From contig CM022679.1 in the NCBI GenBank assembly GCA_012295275.1, forward strand, positions 9,176,001 to 9,240,000: a stretch of 64,000 nt of DNA, in the 5' to 3' direction. Source of the DNA: Chrysomallon squamiferum (taxonomy: Eukaryota; Animalia; Mollusca). The translations under genes and the position numbers were made by a program. The notes beneath the pieces are model-generated. The model had not been told where the DNA came from. It worked only from the letters and a program-made list of their open reading frames with translations, and ran no database searches. Below are positions 13,130 to 26,000 of this stretch, piece by piece. How positions within the stretch are numbered: the first letter of the stretch is position 1; every line of letters starts with the position of its first letter.

Positions 13130-16100
13130 GTATTGTTGTATTTTTTTTATATTTTTTTTTCATTTGCTTTTTTGCTTGCCATTGAGCATGGTTAAACCAC
13201 TGGTCTTAGGAATCAGAGTCGTATTTTAGAAGTCCTGACTGCTGTAATTTGAATTTTGTCTTAAGAAAGTAATTTTGTTGCAATAACTTTGTCTAGATCC
13301 TTTGTCAATGAGTCCCCAGAAGGCCTTGGAAACTGTAGGAGCTAATCTTCAAAAGCAGTACGAGCGATGGCAGCCTAGGGCTCGTTACAAGCAGAGTTTG
13401 GATCCCACTGTGGATGAGGTCAAGAAATTATGCACATCACTGAGGAGAAATGCAAAGGTACACCTAATAACACATTTTACATTAAATACTTTTTTTTTCA
13501 AATTTACATTTTCAGAATTCCTGAGATTCAATTTTGAAATGTGTTACAACAAAACTGAAGTAAAAATAATCAAAAGATGAGCAGATATGAAGATATTTGA
13601 ATTTTTTTTTTTTTTTTTTGCCTCCTGACTCTCTTAAAATTTCAGTCTGGGAAATTTTTTAATTGCAGTAATATTTTATAATCACATCAGTAATTAAGGA
13701 AATATTTCATAAAGTATAAAATTCATTCAGAAAATATCAGGGTGATATTCTACTTAACAAGAAAATTTGGTTTTTATAAAGTATGGTATCCATGGAAGAA
13801 ACTTGATAATTAACTACTAGCATCAATACTGTTGTGCAGGCACATGTAAAAACTGGTACATTCATAAAAAGAATAAATGCTGACATTCATTTCTTCGGGT
13901 TAAAACAAAGGAATTCTTTATTTTATTTCTACATGTTTGTTAATTTTAGGAGGAGCGTGTTTTGTTTCACTACAATGGACATGGTGTTCCTCGGCCAACA
14001 GTGAATGGAGAAATTTGGGTTTTCAACAAGGTACTGTACATCAAACTGCTAACAAAATTTCTTTTTTAAACTCTTAATTAAATTTCTGTGAATATATTTT
14101 TAAAAGTCTTTAAAAAAATTGGTGTTTATTTGCAGTATGAGTAAAATCAAAATATCAATGTGCACTCATTTTTGACAATATTTTATATTTTTGAGTACTT
14201 GATTTGTTGAAATGTTGTTATGTTGGTGAAATTTGGGGTTTTAGTTAACTGTAATTGTCCTCAACTGAATAGACTGTCATTATTTTCATCCATATTTATA
14301 ATAAGACCAGTATGAAAAAAACACATTTAATTTTACCATATTATTTCTTGAGTTTAGTAAGTTTTAATGAAATAAAATGTTTTGTTACAGAGCTATACCC
14401 AGTATATTCCGTTATCTGTATACGATCTGCAGACATGGATGGGCAGTCCATCCATCTATGTTTATGACTGTACTAATGCTGGCATTATTCTGGAGTCTTT
14501 CAAACAGTTTTCTCAACAAAGGGACCAAGAAATGGCAGTAAGTTGAATTGTTTTTTAATTAATGACCACTGATATATAACAGTCTTGAAAGAACCATTTT
14601 TATAAATTTGATTTAATTCTGATTATGGGTGGATCATTATTTTATTTTTTTTATTTTTTTAATGCAAATTATATTTATTCAAAACATTTCTGTTTTTCAA
14701 ACACATTGTAGTATATTTCATTACATGTTGGTATTTTTACAATATATAAATTCATTCAGACAAGTAATTTACATTCTTAACTAATTTCTGTGTGTGTAAC
14801 ACTGTAAGTACAAAAATAAATTGTTCTGTCAACTTTTAGCTGAACAAATGTTTCACTGAATTTTAGATGTAGTGGAAAACAATAAATAAATAAATATATC
14901 GATCAATATGATTTTAGTGTATTTTTTTTCTTTGTGGGGTTTTTGAAATTTATTTTTATTATTATTATTTTCAGTCGACCAGTACAAATGGAAACCAGGT
15001 TTTTTAAATTTATTTTTATTATTATTATTTTCAGTGGACCAGTACAAATGATAACCAGGATTTTTAAATTTATATATTTTTATTATTATTATTTTCAGTC
15101 GACCAGTACAAATGAAAACCAGGTTTTTTAAATATATTTTTTTAATTATTATTTTCAGTCAACCAGTACAAATGGAAACCAGGTTTTTTAAATTTTTTTT
15201 TTTTATTATTATTTTCAGTCGACCAGTACAAATGGAAACCAGGTTTTTTAAATTTATTTTTTTTAATTATTATTTTCAGTCAACCAGTACAAATGATAAC
15301 CAGGTTTTTTAAATTTATTTTTTTTATATTTATTTTCAGTCGACCAGTACAAATGATAACCAGGATTTTTAAATTTATTTTTTTGATTGTTATTTTCAGT
15401 CGACCAGTACAAATGATAACCAGGATTTTTAAATTTATTTTTTTTATTATTTTCAGTCGACCAGTACAAATGATAACCAGGTTTTTTAAATTTATTTTTT
15501 TTAAATTTTTCAGTCGACCAGTACAAATGGAAACCAGGTTTTTTAAATTTATTATTATTATTATTTTCAGTCGACCAGTACAAATGGAAACCAGTGGTAC
15601 TCGGGTGGGCAGGTGCAGCCGTCGTCCACTAAGCACTGCATACAGCTGGCTGCGTGTGGTGCCACCGAACTGCTGCCTATGAACCCAGAACTGCCAGCCG
15701 ACCTATTCACTTCTTGTCTCACCACTCCAATCAAAATAGCACTCAGATGGTACAGAACAAAACTCTAATAGTTAATTTATTTCTTGGTTTTAATATTAAA
15801 TTTAAAAAAAAAAAAAAAAAAAAAATCCTCTTTTTTTTTTAACAAATTCAGATGGTTCACAGCTTTTTAAAAAAAAGAGCCATTAAATTTTTTCTAATTA
15901 TAAAACTTGGATAGTATACACATTTAAAAAATAAAATAAAACAGAATTCATATGAATTAATTTGTTTATCCTATGTTCTTCAGTTCCATTTTGTTTATAC
16001 CTGTATATTGTTAAATGGGTTTTCTTCTATGAAAGTGTAAACGTGGTTTAGAATAGTTTTTTAATTTATATTTCAGGTACGTCTTACAGAAAACAAGTCA

Positions 16101-19100
16101 GTTAGTTCCTCGATTGACATTGGATATGGTTGACAAGTAAGTTGAAATATCAAAAGAGGTTTTAAAAGATGTTTTAATTTATTTTGTTTTTAGTTTGCTT
16201 TTAAACTGTAATTTCAAAGTTAATTGCTGTACAAATCTATATGATAGGTAGAATTATTTCTCATATCTCTATGTACCAAATTGTTTTTATTTTGTTAAAA
16301 GAAGAATATTTACCACTAGTGACCACTGATTGAAATTGTCTATTAACTAACATTGTTTATTGTTAATATGTGGAAGTCTTTAATGTTTTCTACATTTATT
16401 TTTAAAAACATTTACAGGATACCAGGGCAGCTAAATGACAGGAGGACGTTGTTAGGTGAATTAAACTGGATTTTACTGCTATCACAGACACCATAGCTTG
16501 GAATACTCTTCCTAGAGGTAACACATTATCCATATTTAATTGTAATTATTAATAAAATATCAGGAGATTTGAGAACATCAGAAAAATAAGACAAATCATT
16601 TTATTTTAATGACACAAATGGTAATACGTCATTCTTTGTTGTATAAATTAATTTTTAGTTATAAAAACTAAAATTCTAAAAATCTATATTTCTTACATGA
16701 TGCCTTTTACTTTAATGAAGAAAGAAAACAATCACAATAACAACAAAAATAGTAATAAATGCAAGTTGCATGTTGTTTATTCCTCTTAATTTGTTTTGTA
16801 CATTGAGTCAGCATTAAGTTTATCTGTTAAACATGGATTGTTTCACTATATTTAATAGTTTGTAATAAAAATTTCAGAGCTGTTTCAAAAGCTGTTCAGA
16901 CAGGACCTCCTTGTGGCGAGTTTGTTTCGCAACTTTCTGCTGGCTGAAAGAATCATGCGATCTTACAACTGCACCCCTACGTCCTGTCCCAAACTCCCAC
17001 CAACATACCAGCATCCCATGTGGTAAGTATTATCTTAACTTTTAGATAAGAATTTTCTTTTTATTAAAATTACATTTAAAAAAAAGAAAAAAAAAAAGAT
17101 TGTTTTAAATGTGAATTTATTTATATGCTTTTTTATGAAACTTATTTAACCAGGTTGACAGCTTAATTTGAAACAGTTTGAAAAGGATTTATTTTTTTAA
17201 TGTTTCTGTACAAAAACAAAGATAAAGACGAAAAGTAATATTAATGTATAATGAAAAGCAGTGATAACAGTGAATATTTTTTTTGGTTTTTTTAAATTTG
17301 AAAAGCATTTGGTTTCTTCTGTTTAGTTTTTAATGGAAATAAAAAAAGATATATATAAATACAAAAAAAGAGGAAACTGAGACATTTGATACAAATTGAA
17401 AAGTTTGGCCATTAAAACTGACAACACTTAGAAATTGTAAACTTACAAAATTTGATTTCAATTTTCAGGCAAGCATGGGATCTGGCTTTAGACCTCTGTT
17501 TGCGACAGATTCCTGACGTGACTGATGATGACAGTGCAACTTTCGAACACAGTCCTTTCTTTGCAGAGCAGCTTACAGCTTTTGAAGTGTGGCTTGGTTA
17601 CGGCTTTGAAAATCGCAGACCTCCGGAACAGCTACCTATTGTTTTACAGGTATTTTAGGTTCAAAATAAGATAGTGAATGCTTTACTTCTCTCCCTCTCT
17701 GTGTTATTGGATTTTAAAAATATATTTAAAAATATGACAAAAGCATTGAATTAATAACATGTGAATTGATACATTTTCTTCCAGGTTTTACTAAGTCAAG
17801 TACACAGATTAAGAGCCTTGGATCTTCTTGGTAAATTCCTTGATCTTGGCCCTTGGGCAGTTAGTCTGGTGAGACACATTAAAGTTTTTTATCATAACAA
17901 ATTTTGTTTCTTGAAAATATGTTTATATTTTATACAATGTTTTATCACTGATAATAATTATATTTTATATAATACAGTGTCACCCAGTTAAAAGTTTCTT
18001 TTAAGCAAAACTTTGTTCTGTATTTGATGTTTGTAATAGTACATTTAAACCTCATTTAGATCATTGTTTTCATTTCAGTACATCACATGATTTTTATCAA
18101 TAGACTTGATCAATCTGTTGCTTTATTGTTTTTCTCACAAAATCATTGATAATCAGATATAGTTCCCTTAGAATTTTCAAAAAGTTAAAATTTAAGATAT
18201 TAAAAAAAAGCCCATTTATTAATGTCTTGATTATCTAGTTTTGCTTTTCTTTAACTTCTAGTAAACATTTAACACTATTTATCATTATCATTATTATTAT
18301 TATGCAAGCATGTCTCAGTATGTATGCATTCTTATATGTAACAGAATAATTATTAAACTATCAGTTAGTTTTTCTTCCGATGATTATTATTATTATTTAT
18401 GTTTATTACATAGCCATTCTAACATGAAACAGAAATTATCATGATTATCATTATTGATATTATTATTATTATTATTATTTATTTTTTTTTTTTGTTTAGG
18501 CTTTGTCAGTTGGCATCTTCCCATATGTTTTGAAATTACTTCAAAGCTCAGCTCGAGAACTTCGCCATTTGCTTGTCTTCATATGGGCCAAAATACTTGC
18601 AGTTGACAGTGTAAGTTTATTTATTTACTATTTATTTGAATTTTTAAATAATTATTCTGATTTGAAAAAAAATAATAATAATTTTACCTATTCATTGCAT
18701 GAGGAATTATTGAATCAGTCTCAGTGAGAAGTCAGTTTTCAGGGTTAAATTATATATTTTTAAATTATTTTTATTTTTTTCTAATGACAAACATTTATAT
18801 TTTGGTAATATAACTTTTGTTCCATAGATCAGTTCTGCATTGGAATTCCATAGTATATGTATATATATGTGTGTGTATATAGATGTATACATCATGTATA
18901 CATACATAATACTGTCTACAGAAATACGTATTTAAAAAAAAAAACCAAACAGTTCCTAGCAAACTATTTCAGAAATCATAATGTAGTTGCAGTGGATTTC
19001 TTGTTTATTGACTGTCATTGTTAAAAAAAAAAAAAAGAAATTGTATTGTTTCACAAATAAAACCATTGATATAATTGTTCTGATGTGTCTATGTAATTGT

Positions 19101-22100
19101 TACAGCATTAATTTGTTACTGTATTTTTGCAGTCTTGCCAAGCAGATCTTGTGAAAGACAATGGTCACAAGTATTTTCTCTCAGTTCTTGCTGATCCATA
19201 CATGCCAGTAAGTAATTTGTTGTTTTTAGCTTTTACATTTCAGAATCTGGTACATTTTATAGATCTTTTTAGTATTATAATGAATTTTAATTGTAATTAA
19301 TCTTATGCCAAACTCTGTGATTTTCTTCTTTTTTTATTTAAAGAGATATAACAAAGCTATAAATGAGTACATTAGAAGTTATTTTTGATTACAGGCTGAA
19401 CATCGTACAATGGCTGCATTCGTTTTGTCAATGATTGTAAATGATTATAGACAAGGGCAGGTAACTCATTGATTTTTTTTTTCTCATAATTATTGACTCA
19501 GGACAATGGTTTCTTTATTAATAATAATAAAATAATCTGAACAGGAATAAAACAAAGCCTAATTATAGTGACAGAATTTTAATATCAACTGTATATTTTT
19601 AAAGAGCAAAATTAAAAAGAATTAATTTTTATTTTGTATCAAATTTTTTTTTTTTTTTTTTAAAGTTTTAAATAAAAGTTACATTTTTTAAAATTTTACT
19701 TTAATATTTTGTTTAATACAATTTTTTGTAGATATTTTTATTTATTTATTTATTAGATATTTATTTTAGAAAATTTTAAAAAATATAATTTTTTTTTATT
19801 ATTATTATTATTATTTTTTTTTTATCCTTATTGAAAAGCTAACTGTTAAATTTTAGGAAGCTGCCTTACAGGGAAGTGTCATAGCAAACTGTCTGGAGCA
19901 GCTTAATGACAAAAACCCTCTACTGAGACAGTGGCTAGGTCTTTGTCTAGGCAAGGTAGACACTGTTTTATAAAATCTGCATTAATTCTTTAAAAATAAA
20001 TTTTAATCTTCCATCCTTTTATCTTTTTTAATCACTTGCTACTTCTTATATAAAAAAAAAAAAAAATAATTTTTAATTCTTTAAATTTAAATTCAAAATT
20101 TCATCATTTTATCTTTTTTAATCACTTGCTTCTTTTTTATATATATATAAATTAAAAAAATAATAATAATAAAAAAGATGTAAAAATTCTTTACAAATAT
20201 TAAATAACTGAAAACCTAAATATCAATTTTTAACTGAATTGCTAACATAGTCACGGATGACAAGCTGGTTTTCAAACAACTTTAATCATTGCCACTTAGC
20301 TAATCTACTCAGTTAGATGTTTCAGTATGTTATTAAAGCTGTTTTAAAACAGATACTGAAAGATCACTGAAAATAATGTCTTTTATTGATAATGTTCCGA
20401 TGGTATTTTTCAAGGTGTGGACTAATTTTGACAATGCTCGTTGGTGTGGAGTGAGGGACAGTGCACATGAAAAACTGCAGACGCTGTTGTTGGATTCAGT
20501 GCCTGAGGTAAACATAAAACAATTATCTGTGCATTCAGTCTACCACATTCAGTCTTTACATACTTATATAGATACTTTTGATATATGATTTTAGTTTTCT
20601 TTTCACATGAAATTGTTATGGTAATAGTGATGGTAGGTTAAATCATCTAAAATTGATTTTCTTTTAATTCCTTTTCATTCTGATATAAATTCCACTTTGT
20701 AAAACTGCTGTCATTATTTTAGAAATTTATAACTTCAAAAACAAGCTTCATTTTCCCATAAAACTCATTTTTACACTGTTTTTGCATAAGTACACAAAAC
20801 ATAAAAATGACATCTGTTAAGAAACGGGGAAAATTATACAAACAGATATAACAATATTTTGAATGTAATAAAACCAAAACAGCCTTAAAAAATATAATTA
20901 TGAATAGACTTGTATTGTGTAAAATGATTTTTTGAGGTTCTTATTTCCGTGTATGTAAAAATAAACTTTATGTTCATTTATTAATTAATTTTGTCAAAAA
21001 TCAACCGAGGTCTTCTAGAGAACGTGACGCACCTCTCACTGCTGTTGTGGTTGTTTTTCAGGTGAGAGCAGCAGCAGTGTTTGCTCTGGGTACGTTCATC
21101 AGTAACAGCTGTGAGCGAAGTGACCACGCTACAAACATCGACCTTGGTGTCGGTTTTAACCTGGTTCCTGTGGCACAAGATGGCAGTCCTCTGGTCAGAA
21201 AGGTATTTGAGTTCTACATTTCATTTATTTAAAACAAACCTCCTCATTATGTAACTTTATATCAAGTTTGAAAGCTTAAGTAACGTTAATAGTGGAGCAT
21301 AATTGTGCATATTTCAGAATCTATATGATAAGACAAAAAATGAATACATCGGCGATAATATACTTTTTGCAGCAGTATTGATGTATTAGCTAATTTTTTA
21401 CAGTTGTGTACATAAATTCATATGAGTGTGTTTTTGTTAAATAGTCTTATCAACTCATCATTTTGTAGATCTTTCACTCTGTGGAGTAAGATCAATTTTA
21501 GGGACCTGACAGTAAATGTTGAATGAACAAGTCTTTACTAAATTTATTATTATTATCTATTTTTTTTAACATTAGAAAATACACAATAAAAAGAATGTTA
21601 GTTGCTGATTATTAAGAGAGGTAATTCACTTTTTATACTGTTTAATACATAAAACTGTTGTGTATTAATTAACTAATTAGTTTTTATTTTAGTAGTTTTT
21701 CTTAATTTTGCAATTCTTGAATGTACGACATTATCATGCAGTCAGTTTCTTTATTTTTATGAAAGTTCACATTATTTAGTCCAGAGTTAATTATCTTCAG
21801 CTGCTAAACCATTTTTTCTTTTTTCTGTTGCACTGTAGTCTTCTCTGAGCCAGTAAAGTCTTTTTGTCTCCCAGCATTTTACAACAAACTTCTCAACATC
21901 TGTTGTTGTTTTTTTAATGCTTATTTCAGGAACTGACAGTTGCCTTCAGTGGCCTGGTACATCAGTTTGATACGCAGTTTGCTGCAGTTGCTGCTCAGGT
22001 TTTGGAAGAAGAAAAGAACAAGGAGAGGTTGCCGCCCGTGATTACAGCAGAGACCCCTGGTGGGTGGAATTTAGTCAACCAGTCTGCTGGTAATGTCCCC

Positions 22101-22996
22101 TTCCACTTCCTTCTGCTTTCTTTCTTCAACCTGTCTTTATTTTTGCTATTGTTATTCATATCCCGTTCTGATAATGTGTGACAATCATAGCAGGTATGAT
22201 AGTTTGAATGTAAAGCTGTTATGAGGTGAGTACAGCTTTTTTTAAATTATTATTATTATTACCAGTCCTTGCTTGTACATCGAGAAAAAACTGAATTTGT
22301 TTTCATTTATTTTATTTTTCCAAAACATTTATCAATCATTACATGATTCTGTTTTTTTATCATAAACCTGTCAATGTAGCTGGATAGTTTTAATTAAATT
22401 TAAACCAGGTAATACATCATTTTGTGCATTCAGTTGTTTTCCATAATATTAATTTTGATGCATCAAAAATGTTCACATTACTTAGTTAAGTTATCAGTAA
22501 TATTGCTAAATTTATTTTTAATTTCATAATGCCAAAGCCATAATAGTAAAGCAAGATTTATTCGTACATTTTAACTGTATTCATTATTACTTTGGCTACT
22601 CATTACAAAATGAAAATTGAGAAACATTTTATAAGTAATCATTAAAAAATTGTTATTTTATTAGGTATGTATATTCTGCCTTATTTTTTAACTTAAGGAA
22701 AAAAGCCATATAAAATGCTAACAAAAGCTAACATTAAAATTGTTTCATACTGGCATTTGTGTACCTTTGGTGTGACACCCAGTAGCCAAAATGTTTTTCA
22801 TGGTGGCATGTTGTTAAGCATTCATTCATTGATATTACTTTGACCTGTATTCAAAATTTAAATCCTACTGAATCTCCAACAAAATGATTTACTTCTTCAT
22901 TATTCACAAAATTATTAAATCCATACTGTAGTTTATCATTGTACTTTCTTCATGTTTGTTTATTTTTAGTTTTGTTGTTATATTTCATAGTTTTGG

Positions 22997-23028
<32 letters not shown>

Positions 23029-26000
23029 GTCCTTGTAATATCAGCTTTCTGGTTAAATAAGGCATCTGCCATTTCAGATGGGTCAATCACATCTGTATCA
23101 ACTATGCGACGCAGTTCATCTCGTGGAACTTTTAAAAGCTTGGGCACATGTAAGCTCCGTAGAACATCAGCCTTTGTTATATACTGCATTTTTTTTTATT
23201 TTAGTATTTATTACTTTTTAGCTGTTCTGATAATGAATTCCAGTACCTTCCTTCACATTTTTTTAATATAAATACTAAATGCTTCTCCCTAAATGCATTT
23301 ATTTCATGTATTCATGTGTGTATGTTACTATCTGTGTGTGTATTTGGTGTGTGCCTGTGTAGATACATATGTATATACATATATATGTGTGTGTGTGTGT
23401 ATTGTAAACACACACACACACACACATATGTTTATTCCAACAAATATATTTAAGTTTCAGAATACTATATGAAAAGTGAATGCTGGTATCATTCAATGAT
23501 TTTGATATCTAGTTTTTATTCATCTCTGGCATAATTTTCATATTATTTTTAAAGAAAAAATGTTTCTCAAAACTCATTAGAATGTAAATTTAACAAAAAT
23601 ATGATGGAAGGGAATTTAATTTTGTTCATAGTTAGAAATTTCTGAAAATAAGAACAGTAATTTTCCTATTAATGCTATTAGTTTTGTGATTGTAGTATGT
23701 CACATATAGAAAATTAACCATTATAACTATACTGCTTTTTGTAACTATACTGCTTTTGAGCTTGTGAAGGTTTACAATGGCAGTGTTAAGATGTTTTGTA
23801 ACACCATATTTTTCTTGACATTATATATAATAATAGATAATCCAAAACAATAACTTGGAAATATAAAGAATTTGTCTTATTTATTAGTATCGCCATAGCA
23901 ACACCTTAAAATGCGTGTTATCTTGTAGACATCACCAATCACATTTTATACTGACAGTTAACAGTCATGATTAGTGTATATCCTAAAAATTAACCAAGTA
24001 CTGACTAGTAGACGTTAATTTGTGTATTTGACTTAAAATGATAATTTAAAGGGCAATATTTGGTAACATATGATTTAATTATTCAAAATATATGTTCACT
24101 TTTTAGCCACATCAATAACAATTATATTTTTAATAATTTGAAATTTATTTTTAACTTTCAGCCACATCAATGAATGTTTTATTTTTGATTATTAAAAATT
24201 TATTTTACCTTTTAGCCATCTTAGTCACTCTTTTTATATTTTTAATTATTCAAAATTTTTTATTTTTTTGACCTTTTAGCTGCGTCAAGCATTATTCTGA
24301 GTCCACTGTTGAGTTATGGCAGTGCAAGTTCAGCTAGCATTGAAAGTGGTAGCAGCATGGACTCATCCTGCGGTACTGACAGGCTGCGGCGAGTCGGTTC
24401 CAATACATCTATCTCTGGCCTTACCACCTTCAACAATGTCTACCTCAGCGTCTGGCGAGCGTTGCTGCAGTTGGCTGCCGATCCTTTCCCAGACGTTGCT
24501 GACATGGCCAAGAAGATAGTCAATTCAGTGAAACTTCGTGTGAGTTGTAGTAAATTAATTTAACACTGTTAATAATAGACTCAGTTTAGGTAGCTGGTGA
24601 GTAAAAATTTAATTGTAATATTCCGAAAGTGATAGAAAATTTTAATGTAAAAGTTACTTTATTGTTGTTAATATTGTCATTAAGATTTGGCAGTGTGTTA
24701 TGCATGGGAAGATATGGTTTGTGCTTCGGAGAGGTTGAATCCATTGCAGGTGAATAAACAGCTCTAAACAAATATCAAGGGCAAAAAAATACTAATAAAA
24801 TAAAATAAGAAAGTATTCATTTTTGCAAAATGATATTATAAATGTTACTACTGTTTCGTTCATAGCACTTTTATATTTAAACTATTACTATACGTTCTTC
24901 AGTTTCAAATAAAACAAAAATTACATTAATATTCAAAATGATCTGAACTGTTTAAAAATAAACATATTTTTACAGGCTTGTATGGGAGCAAAGCCCAAAC
25001 AGGTTTCAAAGACTACAAGTTCTCAGTCTGCTCCTTGCAGTCCTACAAACAAACCAACACCTGCCATTCACCATGGGTAAGCATCCAAAGACTAGTGAGG
25101 TACACTTTAAAATATCGTCCTGGCAAAGTGTTGCCCCATGTTATCACAGAACACTGACCCTTACCAGATTTCCAAGACTCTCTAAACACTAGCTGAGTTT
25201 TGTTGAAAAAAGTTTTTTTTTCAGTATTTTACATCAGTTAGTTTCCAAAAGATGTGTCATTGGTACAACTATTGTAATTCATGACTGACCTCATAAGATT
25301 ATTTAAGTATCATTTTTAAATAAGTATTCAGAGAACAGAGATGTTTAGGTGTATAAGAATCCTTGCACATCTTAGAATGTGTTTCCAAGATAAAGTAAAT
25401 CATTTACGCCTGGATTCTCCATTATGCTTAACAAGTGTTAATAATTGGAACCGTGATGCCTGAAAATTATTATTTCATAAGGAAAGATATCAGAATCATG
25501 TGAAATCTTGTTTACCGTAACACCAAAGAGAAAACAACTTTCATGAAAATGAACTAGTAATGTAGTATTAATATCTCATTAATTTAATTGTGTAAATTTC
25601 ATCATAACTTGTGCAGCTGAATAAAACTTGAAGAAAATTTATTAACTAGAGTTTTTGTCATAATAAATGGGGTTAGACCATTCCATGAGAAAAATTGGTT
25701 GCTTGTATTTATTTATGTTTAAAAAAAATTCTAAATTTTAAATTTGAATTTATTGATTGATTGATTGATTGATTAATTGATTGATTTTTATTCATTTTTT
25801 TATTTTTATTTATTATTATTATCTGTATGTTTTAGAACTCCACCACAGAATGATGTAGTGTGCAATGATGATCTCTCAGCAGTCTACTGTGCAACCACTT
25901 CCAGTTCCAGTGGATCGCACGTTCATTCATTACAGTTCTCACGACACAGAAAAATATTTGACAAAGGTCCTACACATGTGAGTGTAAATTTTAATTATCT

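Noticed and set aside
14853-15682. Repetitive ORFs (e.g. 15293-15682, 15263-15583) suggesting a repeat protein
   Set aside because: By-products of the 60-bp acceptor array; the real coding frame is RPTOR exon 6.
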